Source of the DNA: Phycisphaerae bacterium
Lineage (GTDB): Bacteria > Planctomycetota > Phycisphaerae > UBA1845 > PWPN01
Direction: 5' to 3'
DNA: 64,000 nt
Assembly: GCA_012729395.1 (NCBI GenBank)
Contig: JAAYDF010000284.1
Coordinates: 2,441 to 66,440, forward strand
A program made the translations under genes and the position numbers. Each line of letters starts with the position of its first letter. Within the stretch, counting starts at the first letter, position 1. The notes beneath the pieces were generated by a model that was given only the letters and a program-made list of their open reading frames with translations, had not been told where the DNA came from and did not search any database. Shown here piece after piece: positions 44,173 through 53,645 of the stretch.

Positions 44173-44315
44173 GGGGCGTTGTCTCCAGCACACGACGCAA
44201 GCTTCGTCATCTGGCAGAGGCTTGCGTATGTGGTCAGTTGTACGGGTTTTTCGCGAAGAGGCAAGCGGGCAACGTGTTTGTCTCGCCACTCACTTCTCAC
44301 TTTGCGCTTGGCGTT

Positions 44316-46214
44316 CTACTCTCCCTGTGTCGTGAACCGCTCGTAGAGTTGGGCGTACTTTCCGTCTTGTTCGAGGAGTTCCCAATGCGTGCCTCGTTCG
44401 ACGATTCGGCCGGCGTCGATCACCAGGATCAGATCGGCCCGCAGGATGGTGCTGAGCCGGTGGGCGACGATGAAGGTGGTGCGGCCGGCCAGCAGGCGTT
44501 CGAGTGATTGCTGGACGATCCGTTCGGTGGCTGAGTCGACGGAGCTGGTGGCCTCGTCGAGCATGAAGATGCGCGGGTCGGCGAGGAAGGCCCGGGTGAA
44601 GCAGATGAGCTGCCGCTGGCCGAGGGACATATTGGCGCCGCGTTCACCGACCTGTGTATGAAACCCATCGCGTGAGGCGGCAATGGCGTCGTAGGTACCG
44701 AGCCCGCGGGCGGCGGTGAGAACGTCGTCCTCGGTGGCGTCGGGTCTGGCGTACCGGATGTTGTCCATGACTGTTCCGGTGAAGAGGTAGTTGACCTGCA
44801 ACACAAGGCCCATCTGCCGGTGAAGGGATTCGCCGGTGACGTGGCGAATATCGTGCTCGTCGATCAGGATGCGGCCTTGCTGGGGTTGGTAGAACCGGCC
44901 GATGAGGGAGATGATACTGCTCTTGCCGCTGCCGGTGGCCCCGACGAGGGCGATCATCTGGCCGGGCTGCGCCTCGAAGGTGATATCGAAGAGCACGGGG
45001 CGACCGGGGGCATAGCCGAAGGTCACGTTCTCGAAGCGGACGTGTCCGCGGATGGGCGGCAGGTGGATCGCGTCGGGCAGGTCGGCCACCTCGGGGGGGG
45101 TATCGAGGAGGTTGAAGAGTCGCTCGGCCCCGGCCATGGCCATCATGAGCTGGTTGTAGAAGTTCCCGACGTTGACGATGGGAGCCATGAACCACTCCCA
45201 ATAGAGGAAAGCGGCTATCACGGATCCGACGCCGATGGTACGGTCGATGCGTCCGGTGGCTACGAGGTAACCGCCGTAGATCAGGATGATGGCCTTGCCG
45301 GCAAATCCAATCAGGCCGAGCAGCGGCTGATAGACTCCGTTGAGGCGGGCGGCGTTGACGTTGTTGATCGTGTTGGCCTCTTGGAGGGCGTTGAAAACGC
45401 TGAGGTTGCCCGCCTGACGATTGAAGGCCATGACCACCCGTGCCCCGGTGATATTCTCCGCCAGATTGGCCGAGACGCGGGTGAAACCCTCGCGAGCGAT
45501 CTGGTAACACAGGGCGGCCTTGCGGCGATAGACGCGGTTCAGCACGAAGAGGATAGGCCCGAGCCAGACCACGGCGGCGAACAATCGCGGCTCGGTATAG
45601 AGCAGCATGCCGGCCGCGACGACCATCATGAGCGCGTTCTTGGCGACGATGTCGAGGCCCCAGACGTTGATCTCGCGGAGGCTGTTCACGTCGCTGGTGC
45701 ATCGGCTGATGATGCGGCCGAGCTTGGTGCGATCGTAGAAGCTCATGGAGAGAGCCTGGAGGTGGGCGAAGAGGCGGCGGCGGATGTCGAACTGCACGCG
45801 TTCGCCGGCGTCAGTCATGATAAGGATGGTCCCGCGATGCAGGAGGAGGGCGACGCCAAGCACGAGGGCCCACAGTCCGATGAGTAATGCCAGCCGGGCG
45901 ATCGCCGACGCTTCCGTCGGCATGGGGTCCAACTGCCCGGTGGCGTAGTTCACCGTCCAGTTGACGATGGCAGCCATGAACCGCGGCGACTGCATCTCGA
46001 GCAGGATCATGACCAGCCCGAGAACGATGCCCAACGCATATTGCCGGGCGTAGGGTCGCAGGCAGCTGAAGAGTCTGCGAATGAGCCGCCAGTCGATGGG
46101 TCGGTATCGTTCCTCGCCGTCGGCGGTGAGGATCTCGGTGAGGCGTGGCGTCGAGCCGAGCAGGCGCTTGCGGAGGGACCGCAGCCATGATGTCCGGTCA
46201 GTCCTCGGGGTCAT
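44316..46214 (-). CDS. ABC exporter, fused permease/ATPase (MsbA/multidrug type), subunit 2
   Basis: 632 aa. Six-helix TMD, then GATGSGKSS, LSLGQRQL and IFMLDEATSSVD. Confidence 0.88.
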   Translation of the reverse strand: MTPRTDRTSWLRSLRKRLLGSTPRLTEILTADGEERYRPIDWRLIRRLFSCLRPYARQYALGIVLGLVMILLEMQSPRFMAAIVNWTVNYATGQLDPMPTEASAIARLALLIGLWALVLGVALLLHRGTILIMTDAGERVQFDIRRRLFAHLQALSMSFYDRTKLGRIISRCTSDVNSLREINVWGLDIVAKNALMMVVAAGMLLYTEPRLFAAVVWLGPILFVLNRVYRRKAALCYQIAREGFTRVSANLAENITGARVVMAFNRQAGNLSVFNALQEANTINNVNAARLNGVYQPLLGLIGFAGKAIILIYGGYLVATGRIDRTIGVGSVIAAFLYWEWFMAPIVNVGNFYNQLMMAMAGAERLFNLLDTPPEVADLPDAIHLPPIRGHVRFENVTFGYAPGRPVLFDITFEAQPGQMIALVGATGSGKSSIISLIGRFYQPQQGRILIDEHDIRHVTGESLHRQMGLVLQVNYLFTGTVMDNIRYARPDATEDDVLTAARGLGTYDAIAASRDGFHTQVGERGANMSLGQRQLICFTRAFLADPRIFMLDEATSSVDSATERIVQQSLERLLAGRTTFIVAHRLSTILRADLILVIDAGRIVERGTHWELLEQDGKYAQLYERFTTQGE

Positions 46215-48201
46215 GGATCTGTTCTCCGGCAGAGACAGGGATGGTGCCCAGCCGCATCATGCGGTCCATGTGGCTTGCTCCGTCGTCGGGACCGAGGGCG
46301 TCGGCGTGGAGCTGCCCGCTGACGATTTGCCGATAGTGGCCCTCCTGGGCCAGCAGTTCATCGTGCGTGCCCTGCTGGGTGATTTGTCCATTCTCCACAA
46401 CGATGACCATGTCGGCCCGCTTCACGGTACTGATGCGGTGGGCGATGACGAAGACCGTTCGGTCGGTCATGACCAGTCGCATGGCCTTACGGATGCTGCT
46501 TTCGGTCTCCGGATCGACGGCGGCGGTGGCGTCGTCGAGGACGAGGATTCTCGGGTCGGCGTGGATGGCCCGAGCGATGGCCAGCCGTTGGCGTTGCCCA
46601 CCGGAGAGGTTGTGGCCGCGCTCGCCGAGCATGGTCTGGTATCCCAACGGCAACGCCTCGATGAACTCGTGGGCCTGGGCAAGGCGGGCGGCGGCCTCGA
46701 TCGTACCCTCATCACTGAGCGGGCGACCGTAGGCGATGTTGGCGGCCACGGTGTCGCTGAACAGAAATGTCTCCTGGAACACGTAGGCAACCTGTGTGCG
46801 AAGCGAAGCCAGGGCGGCGTCTCGGATGTCCATGCCGTCGATCAGGATGCGGCCTTGTTGAGGGTCGTAGAACCGGGCGATGAGGCTGACGAGCGTGGTT
46901 TTGCCGGCCCCGGTCGGACCGACGATCGCCACGGTGCTGCCGCCCGGCACGTCGAGGTTGAGATCGCGGAGTACCGGGTGAGCCGGGTCGTATCCGAAAG
47001 TCACATGCTCGATATGCACATGTCCCTTCCCGGGCGGCAGGGGACGGGCGTCGGGCTTCTCGGGGACCGAGGGCGGGGCCATGAGAATCTCGTAGAGGCG
47101 GCGGGCGGAGACGATGGCGTTCTGGTACTGATCGTTGATCACCGCGACCTGTTGGAGGCGCAGCAGGATGGCCCCCATGGCCGACCCGAGCATGAGCACG
47201 TCACCGGCGTTGAGCCGGCCTTTGATGATGAGCACGCCGGCCGCCAGAAAAAGCGACAGGTGCGAAAGCGTCGCGATCCCGCGGATGACCGGGGCGAAGT
47301 CGGCAAACAGTCGGATGCGGTGCATGACCTTGCCGAAGAAGTCGTCGCAACTGCGGCCATATTTGGCGATCTCCTGCGGCTCGGTGGCGAAGGCCTTGAC
47401 CACGTGCACGCCGGCGATGTTCTCGGTGATGACCGCGAGATTCTTGTCGCCAGCCTCCATGGCTGCCTTGAGGGCGGGCTGGGCCTTGCGGCTGAACCGC
47501 AGGATGTACCACGTCCAGACCGGCAGCGGCACCATGGACAGGGCGGCCACCCACGGCGAACGCGAGAGCAGCAGGGCCATGTACCCGCCGACGATCAGCA
47601 CGATCTCGAGGGTAATGAGCACGGCCGACTGGATAAACGCCCGCACGTTCTGCAGGTCGCTGAGCGAACGGTTGATGAGTTCGCCGGTGGAGATGGCGTC
47701 GTGGAAAGCGAAGCCAGCCCGCTGGAGCTTGTCGTAGACCGCCTCGCGGATGTAGAAGACCATCTCCATGCTGACGCGGCTGTTGGCGACTTCGCGCAGA
47801 TAGCGAAGCACACCCATGGTGATGGTCAGGGCCGCCAGGACGAACACGGTTCGGCGTAATCCCGAGATCTCGCCCTCGCCGCCATTGAGCCAGGACCAGA
47901 CCGTCTCGTCGAATCGCGTCTCGCCGATGTGGATGGCCTGGATTGCGTCGACCGCACTGGCCGTCAGCCGGACCGTGACGACCTCGACCCCGGTCCATAC
48001 GACCAGCAGCAGGCAGGCGAGGACCATGAGCCCTCTGACCGGCCGCAGAAAGCCGAACATCCAGCGCAGAAGCTGTCGGTTGCTGATATCTGAAACGGAT
48101 TCTTTCACGGGAGCACTGGTCGCCAAGGTGTCTGGATGGACTGCCTTTCTGGGGTCCGCAGCCCATGGATGGGCTCCATCGCGGTCCAACCGGGAGTGCA
48201 T
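46198..48201 (-). CDS. ABC exporter, fused permease/ATPase, subunit 1
   Basis: GPTGAGKTT, LSGGQRQR and ILVLDDATAAVD. It overlaps the downstream partner by 17 nt. The start is uncertain: listed at 48351, I prefer the ATG at 48201, and the GTG at 48108 is also possible. Confidence 0.85.
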   Translation of the reverse strand: MHSRLDRDGAHPWAADPRKAVHPDTLATSAPVKESVSDISNRQLLRWMFGFLRPVRGLMVLACLLLVVWTGVEVVTVRLTASAVDAIQAIHIGETRFDETVWSWLNGGEGEISGLRRTVFVLAALTITMGVLRYLREVANSRVSMEMVFYIREAVYDKLQRAGFAFHDAISTGELINRSLSDLQNVRAFIQSAVLITLEIVLIVGGYMALLLSRSPWVAALSMVPLPVWTWYILRFSRKAQPALKAAMEAGDKNLAVITENIAGVHVVKAFATEPQEIAKYGRSCDDFFGKVMHRIRLFADFAPVIRGIATLSHLSLFLAAGVLIIKGRLNAGDVLMLGSAMGAILLRLQQVAVINDQYQNAIVSARRLYEILMAPPSVPEKPDARPLPPGKGHVHIEHVTFGYDPAHPVLRDLNLDVPGGSTVAIVGPTGAGKTTLVSLIARFYDPQQGRILIDGMDIRDAALASLRTQVAYVFQETFLFSDTVAANIAYGRPLSDEGTIEAAARLAQAHEFIEALPLGYQTMLGERGHNLSGGQRQRLAIARAIHADPRILVLDDATAAVDPETESSIRKAMRLVMTDRTVFVIAHRISTVKRADMVIVVENGQITQQGTHDELLAQEGHYRQIVSGQLHADALGPDDGASHMDRMMRLGTIPVSAGEQIHDPED

Positions 48202-48359
48202 TGTACCGTTGCCGGCCGGACTTGGCCACCGCCCGCGGTGGGCGGCAACCCGGGGCCGTATCGGGGAATCTTCCTCCCGAGCGAACATGCCCGCGTGGCA
48301 TGGCGAATGGAGACCGGCACTCTTCAGCACCTTGCGATGCGTCGGGTACAATCACCGCC

Positions 48360-49445
48360 ATGACCGACGCTCCGCGCGAAGACCTGTCGCCTCCGGACGG
48401 GGACCGCCCCCGTCGCCGGCCCCGTTATCCCGGCACGCATCCGCGCCGGCTCGAGCAGAAGTACAAGGAGCACAACCCGCGGGCCTACCCGGAGATCGTC
48501 GCCGAGGTCCGCGCCCGCGGGGGCACGCCGGCCGGCACGCATGTCCCCGTCCTCCTCGCCGAAATCATGGATATCCTGGCGCCGACCGAAGGCGAATGCG
48601 TCGCCGACGGCACGCTCGGATATGGCGGGCACGCGACCGAGTTCCTGCGGCGCATCGGCCCAACGGGCAGGTTGTTCGGCTTCGACTTGGACGCCGTGCA
48701 GTTGGAGCGCACGCGTCAGCGGCTGGCCGAGTCGTTCAGCAACTTCACCGTACATCGCAGCAACTTCGCCGGCTTGGCCAAGCCCCTCGCGGCCGCGGGG
48801 CTCGACGGATACGACATCATCCTCGCGGACCTCGGCGTGTCGAGCATGCAGGTGGACGATCCCGCCCGCGGGTTCAGCTACAAATACGACGGCCCGCTGG
48901 ACATGCGTATGGATGATCGCCGGCCACGGACGGCGGCGGAGCTTCTGGCGACCATGCCGGCCGGAGAGCTGGCCCGCGCCCTATGGGAACTGGCCGACGA
49001 GAAGGACAACGAGCGCATCGCCCATGCGATCGTCCAGCAGCGGACCCGCCGACCCATCCGCCGCACGTTCGATCTGGTCGAGATCCTCTTCGAGGCCAAA
49101 GGAATGACCCGCCGGACATGGCGCGAGCGGGCGAAGGCGGACCAGCACGCCCTGCATCCCGCCGCAAAGACGTTCCAGGCCCTGCGCATTCTGGTCAACG
49201 ACGAGCTCGGCAGTCTGAAGAACCTGCTGCGGATCGCGCCGTCCTGCCTGCGGTCCGGCGGGCGCATCGGCATCATCAGCTTTCACAGCGGGGAAGACCG
49301 GTTGGTTGAAAGGGCGTTTCGCGAGGGGCTCGAGCGGAGCGTCTATGCCGCCGTCAGCGAAGACGCCGTCCGCCCCAGTCGCACCGAGCGGTTCGATAAC
49401 CCCCGTAGCAGTTCCGCCAAATTCCGCTGGGCCCGCCGAGTTTGA
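48360..49445 (+). CDS. rsmH: 16S rRNA (cytosine1402-N4)-methyltransferase
   Basis: ATG at 48360. HVPVLLAEI, DGTLGYGGH, DLGVSSMQVD, GPLDMRM and SFHSGEDR are RsmH/MraW signatures. Confidence 0.92.
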   Translation: MTDAPREDLSPPDGDRPRRRPRYPGTHPRRLEQKYKEHNPRAYPEIVAEVRARGGTPAGTHVPVLLAEIMDILAPTEGECVADGTLGYGGHATEFLRRIGPTGRLFGFDLDAVQLERTRQRLAESFSNFTVHRSNFAGLAKPLAAAGLDGYDIILADLGVSSMQVDDPARGFSYKYDGPLDMRMDDRRPRTAAELLATMPAGELARALWELADEKDNERIAHAIVQQRTRRPIRRTFDLVEILFEAKGMTRRTWRERAKADQHALHPAAKTFQALRILVNDELGSLKNLLRIAPSCLRSGGRIGIISFHSGEDRLVERAFREGLERSVYAAVSEDAVRPSRTERFDNPRSSSAKFRWARRV

Positions 49446-49522
49446 CCGCACTTACACGGGCGATGTTCATCGCAGATCGAAGGAGCCGCGGGCTTCAATC
49501 CGCACGAATCAGTCAGTCCTGG

Positions 49523-50908
49523 CTACTCGTAGCGCAGGGCCTCGATCGGATCGAGCCGGGAGGCTTTCCATGCGGGGTAGTATCCGAAGACTACGCCGAC
49601 GCTGACGGACACGCCGACGGCCGCAACAATCGCCCCAATGGACAGTTCCGTGGGCCAATCCAGCAGCGAGCGCAACAACAGTGAGCTACTCCGACCGATG
49701 GCGATACCCAGAGCACCGCCCAGCATGCACAAGACGATGGACTCGACCAGAAACTGGCGAAGGATGTCTCGCCCGCGAGCTCCCACCGCCATCCGCAAGC
49801 CGATCTCGCGGGTCCGCTCGGTGACGGACACGAGCATGATGTTCATGATGCCCACACCACCCACCACCAGCGAGATCATGGCCACGAAGAGCAGCAGACG
49901 GGTCATCATGTTCGAGGTCGAGGCCATGGTGCGGGTCATCTCGGTCATATCGCGGAGGTTGAAGTCATCCAGCTCGCCCGGGCGGATGCGGTGGCGTTCG
50001 CGCAACAGCAGCGTGATCTGCTCCATCGCACGGGGAACCTGTTGTGGCGACTGGGCGGCGACGGTGATCTGGTGGACGCTGACGAAACGCACCAGCGTGG
50101 GGTTATTGGCCAGTTGCGTGGGTGAGGGAATCGGATAGAAGTTCACCTGTCCGGGATAGACACTGTCGGGCGTGTTGGTTTGCGAGCTTTGATTGGAGCG
50201 AGCGCTCTGATTGGTATCGGTCAGCGATGTACCGGAAATGCGCCGTTGCACCGAGGTCCAGGGGGCCAGGAAGATATCGTCCTGATCGAGGCCCATCATG
50301 TTGGCCCCCTTGCCGCGCAGAACGCCAACCACCTTGAAGCTGACGTTGCGCACACGCACCTCCTGCCCGATCGGTGAGATACCGTCGAATAGCTCGCGCA
50401 CCAACGTCTGGCCAAGCAGGCAGACCTTGCTGGCATTGCGGACGTCCTGCTCCGTGAAGGGCTCGCCCTCCGCGAGCGGCTGCCAGTTCTGAGCGTCCAG
50501 ATAAGCGGGCGCTATCCCGTAGATGTAGAGCGGCACCCAGTTGCGATTGCCGTAGACGATCTGGGCACGAGCCCGAACAACCGGGGCGGCAATGCGCACC
50601 GCCGGACACTCGCGGACAATGGCCTCGGCATCCTCGGGGGTCAGGGTATTCGCGCTGCCGCCGCCAAAGGTCACCCCACCGCTGGCCGCGGCACCCGGAC
50701 GCACGACGATATTGTCGGCCCCCATGTTGGCGATGGTGCGCTCGATGGCACGAGCGGACCCGTTCCCGATCTCCATCATCGCGATCACCGCGGACACGCC
50801 GATGATGATGCCCAACGTGGTCAGCGCCGAACGCATGATGTTGCGCCGAAGGGCGTGTAAGGCGGTCCGCAGCGTGCGTGAATGAAATCGAGCGGTGAAC
50901 CGGCTCAT
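49523..50908 (-). CDS. ABC transporter permease, MacB/FtsX family
   Basis: 461 aa. An N-terminal TM helix, a large periplasmic domain and a C-terminal FtsX-type helix bundle. The start overlaps the ATPase stop (ATGA). Confidence 0.88.
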   Translation of the reverse strand: MSRFTARFHSRTLRTALHALRRNIMRSALTTLGIIIGVSAVIAMMEIGNGSARAIERTIANMGADNIVVRPGAAASGGVTFGGGSANTLTPEDAEAIVRECPAVRIAAPVVRARAQIVYGNRNWVPLYIYGIAPAYLDAQNWQPLAEGEPFTEQDVRNASKVCLLGQTLVRELFDGISPIGQEVRVRNVSFKVVGVLRGKGANMMGLDQDDIFLAPWTSVQRRISGTSLTDTNQSARSNQSSQTNTPDSVYPGQVNFYPIPSPTQLANNPTLVRFVSVHQITVAAQSPQQVPRAMEQITLLLRERHRIRPGELDDFNLRDMTEMTRTMASTSNMMTRLLLFVAMISLVVGGVGIMNIMLVSVTERTREIGLRMAVGARGRDILRQFLVESIVLCMLGGALGIAIGRSSSLLLRSLLDWPTELSIGAIVAAVGVSVSVGVVFGYYPAWKASRLDPIEALRYE

Positions 50909-51657
50909 GAGCTGCCCTCCCTGCCGGACACGGCAGTCGCGGGAGAACCCGCGGCTGGCTCGTCCCCTCGGGCGGTGAAGGTCCCATCCGCGATCAATCC
51001 GTCGCGAATGTGGATGGCTCGCTGGGCGTGCTCGGCCACGGCGGCGTCATGGGTCACGAGGATGATGGTGATACCCTCTTGCTGGTTGAGCCGCTGGAAC
51101 ATACCCAGGATCTCCTCGCTGGTGCGCGAGTCGAGGTTCCCCGTGGGCTCGTCAGCAAAGAGGATCAACGGGCGGTTGATAAGTGAGCGGGCGATGGCCA
51201 CACGCTGCTGCTGCCCCCCGGACAACTGGGCCGGCTCGTGGTCCATGCGTTCGGCCAGGCCTACAAGCTCGAGCAGGGCCGCCGCCCGCTCGCGACCCTC
51301 GTGATTCGATACGCCGACCGGGTCGTAAAGCAACGGCATCAACACGTTATCGAGCGCGCTCGTGCGAGGCAGCAGGTTGAAGTTCTGGAACACGAACCCG
51401 ATCTTGCGGTTGCGCAGCAAAGCCCGCTCGTCGGCGGATAACCGCGAAATCTCCTGGCCATCCAGCCAATACCGCCCGTCCGTCGGCCGGTCCAAACAGC
51501 CAAGAATGTTCATCAACGTCGTTTTCCCCGAGCCGGATGTGCCCATGAGCGCGACCAACTCACCCTGCTTTACTGAGAGGGTGATACCCTTGAGCACAGC
51601 GAGATCCACTTCGCCGAGGCGGTAGGTTTTGGTGATGTTCTCCAGCCTGATCATCAT
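50905..51657 (-). CDS. ABC transporter ATP-binding protein (MacB/LolD type)
   Basis: ATG at 51657 (MMIRLENITKTY) overlaps the adaptor stop (ATGA). GTSGSGKTT, LSGGQQQRVAIARS and ILFADEPTGNLD. Confidence 0.9.
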   Translation of the reverse strand: MMIRLENITKTYRLGEVDLAVLKGITLSVKQGELVALMGTSGSGKTTLMNILGCLDRPTDGRYWLDGQEISRLSADERALLRNRKIGFVFQNFNLLPRTSALDNVLMPLLYDPVGVSNHEGRERAAALLELVGLAERMDHEPAQLSGGQQQRVAIARSLINRPLILFADEPTGNLDSRTSEEILGMFQRLNQQEGITIILVTHDAAVAEHAQRAIHIRDGLIADGTFTARGDEPAAGSPATAVSGREGSS

Positions 51658-53021
51658 GTCCCCTGACGGCTGCCGCGGAAGTAGCCCGGCGTGAACGGGC
51701 TTCGTGTCTGGTTGCCGTTGTTCTGCTCGAACTCGCCGACAATCACTTCGAGCCCTTCCTTGAGCAGATCGCCGCGGACCTCGGTCATGACCCCGTCGTT
51801 CACACCGACCTCGACCGCGATCGGCCGAACCCGTCCCCCATCCGCCACCCACAGCGAACCACGACCCGCGCCGCCGGCCGGCCGGCCTGAACCGCCACCC
51901 GGACCGCGACCGCCAGGACCGCCACCCTGTGGCCGGCCGCCCGACGAGCGAGCCTGATCCGCGGCCGGCGCGGACGCCTGCGCATCCGGGGCGATCCGCT
52001 CCGGCGCCGGCGTCCATCGCAAAGCCGAGTTCGGCACCATCAACACGTTGTCGCGACGAGAAACCTCGAACCGCACATTGGCGGTCAGATAAGGCAACAA
52101 CTTGGCGTCGGGGTTGTCCGTGTCGACCTCGACCGTATAAGTCACCACGTTCTGCGTCATGCTCGCGTTCAGGCGGATCTTGGCAACCTGACCCTGGAAA
52201 ACATGACCAGCAAAAGCGTCCGTGGTGAAACTCGTCGCTTGGCCGGGATGAATACTGCCAATATCCGCCTCGTTGACCGCGACCCAGACCTGCATCCGCC
52301 GCAGATCCTTGGCGATCAGGAATAGACTGGGTGCGTTCAGGCTGGCGACAACGGTCTGCCCGATGTTCACCCGGCGATCGATGATCACGCCCTTGACCGG
52401 CGAACGAATCGTGCAGTATCCGAGATTGGTCTGAGCACGCCTCAACACCGCCTCCGCCTGGTCGACGCTGGTACGGGTCTGGGCAATCGTCGCTTCCCCG
52501 ACGGCGACCGTGGCCTTGGCGATCGCGTAGGCGGCCTCGTAGGCCTCGTAATCCGCGGTCGACAACGCCCGCGAAGGACCCAGTTCCTGAGCCCGCTTCC
52601 AGTTCTGCTCGGCTTGCAGGAGGCGAGCCTGCATTTGCCCCAGATCCGCTTCCGCACGCTGCACGTTGGATTTGGCTTGAGCCACCTCCGCCTCGGCCCG
52701 CTCGACGTCGGCGGCGTAAAGCGAGTTGTCGATCCTCGCCAATACAGTCCCTTGCTCAACCTCCGAGCCATAATCTATCGTCTTGCTCTCGTCTTTCGGA
52801 TCCGGGCCCAGCGATTCGATCCGGCCGGCGACCTGGGCGCCCACGTCGATGACCTCCACCGGCACGACCGTGCCCGTCGCGCTGATGCTGCTCAGCAGAT
52901 CTCCTCGCTGCACCGCCACCGTGCGGAACACCGAGGTCGGCGCGGAAGCCCGCTGCCAATACGAAAAACCGACGGCCCCCCCGGCGAAGACCAAAACCAT
53001 GAATAGAAGCAGTTTCTTCAT
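51654..53021 (-). CDS. Efflux periplasmic adaptor (HlyD/MacA family)
   Basis: 455 aa. An N-terminal anchor helix, a coiled-coil hairpin, and beta-barrel/MP domains. A Gly/Pro-rich insertion lies near the C-terminus. Confidence 0.85.
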   Translation of the reverse strand: MKKLLLFMVLVFAGGAVGFSYWQRASAPTSVFRTVAVQRGDLLSSISATGTVVPVEVIDVGAQVAGRIESLGPDPKDESKTIDYGSEVEQGTVLARIDNSLYAADVERAEAEVAQAKSNVQRAEADLGQMQARLLQAEQNWKRAQELGPSRALSTADYEAYEAAYAIAKATVAVGEATIAQTRTSVDQAEAVLRRAQTNLGYCTIRSPVKGVIIDRRVNIGQTVVASLNAPSLFLIAKDLRRMQVWVAVNEADIGSIHPGQATSFTTDAFAGHVFQGQVAKIRLNASMTQNVVTYTVEVDTDNPDAKLLPYLTANVRFEVSRRDNVLMVPNSALRWTPAPERIAPDAQASAPAADQARSSGGRPQGGGPGGRGPGGGSGRPAGGAGRGSLWVADGGRVRPIAVEVGVNDGVMTEVRGDLLKEGLEVIVGEFEQNNGNQTRSPFTPGYFRGSRQGT

Positions 53022-53548
53022 TTTGAGATTCTCCGGCCGTTCGATGGCCGACCCGCCTGGTGGTCTCGCTCGCCGTGCTCACCGTGATGCGACACAAACA
53101 CCCCGTGGAGCATCCCCATGGCCAGACCAATCTGGCCTAGTTGCCGCGGAGTGAGCGTCTTCAGCGTACAAGCCATCGCCGCCTCAGTAGCCGCCAGGGC
53201 CTTGCGATATGCATCCCGCCCCTGTCGGGTCAGTGAAAGCGAGATACGTCGCCGATCACCCGCGTGAGCCCGGCGATCCATGAGCCCCCGATCGACCAGC
53301 AACTGCACCATCCGCGAGGCCGCCGACAACGACAACCCGATGTGCTCCGCCAACGCGGAGAGCGACGCGTCGGCGTGGCCGCTCAAGAAGATCAAGCTAC
53401 GAAACTGTGGCACGGTCAACTCAGCGCAGCGATGGTGGCGCATCTGGCGTCGCATGAAACGCATGATCACCGGCACGACGGCCAGGAGCTTGCGAGCACA
53501 GTCGTCCGCCGGGACACCCCGGAATGTTGCTTTTCTCAACTGTTGCAC
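53018..53548 (-). CDS. MarR family transcriptional regulator
   Basis: 176 aa with a GTG start. LTVPQFRSLIFL..SLSALAEHIGLSLSAASRMVQLLVDRGLMDR...DRRRISLSLT is a winged-helix MarR core. Its stop overlaps the adaptor start. Confidence 0.8.
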   Translation of the reverse strand: MQQLRKATFRGVPADDCARKLLAVVPVIMRFMRRQMRHHRCAELTVPQFRSLIFLSGHADASLSALAEHIGLSLSAASRMVQLLVDRGLMDRRAHAGDRRRISLSLTRQGRDAYRKALAATEAAMACTLKTLTPRQLGQIGLAMGMLHGVFVSHHGEHGERDHQAGRPSNGRRISK

Positions 53549-53645
53549 ACGTTAATCATATGAGGCACTTTCGTGCCGGTCAATCGACCGCGGATACGCG
53601 GGATGAGGCTCACGGGCGAGTCAACCGGGGGTTGTCACCCCCGGC

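Noticed and set aside
53549-53645. MarR operator (TCATATGA palindrome at 53556-53563) and helicase terminator (ccggggg/cccccgg stem)
   Set aside because: The palindrome is only 8 bp with no extended dyad. The hairpin is not followed by a T-tract on the helicase strand. This is too weak to annotate.
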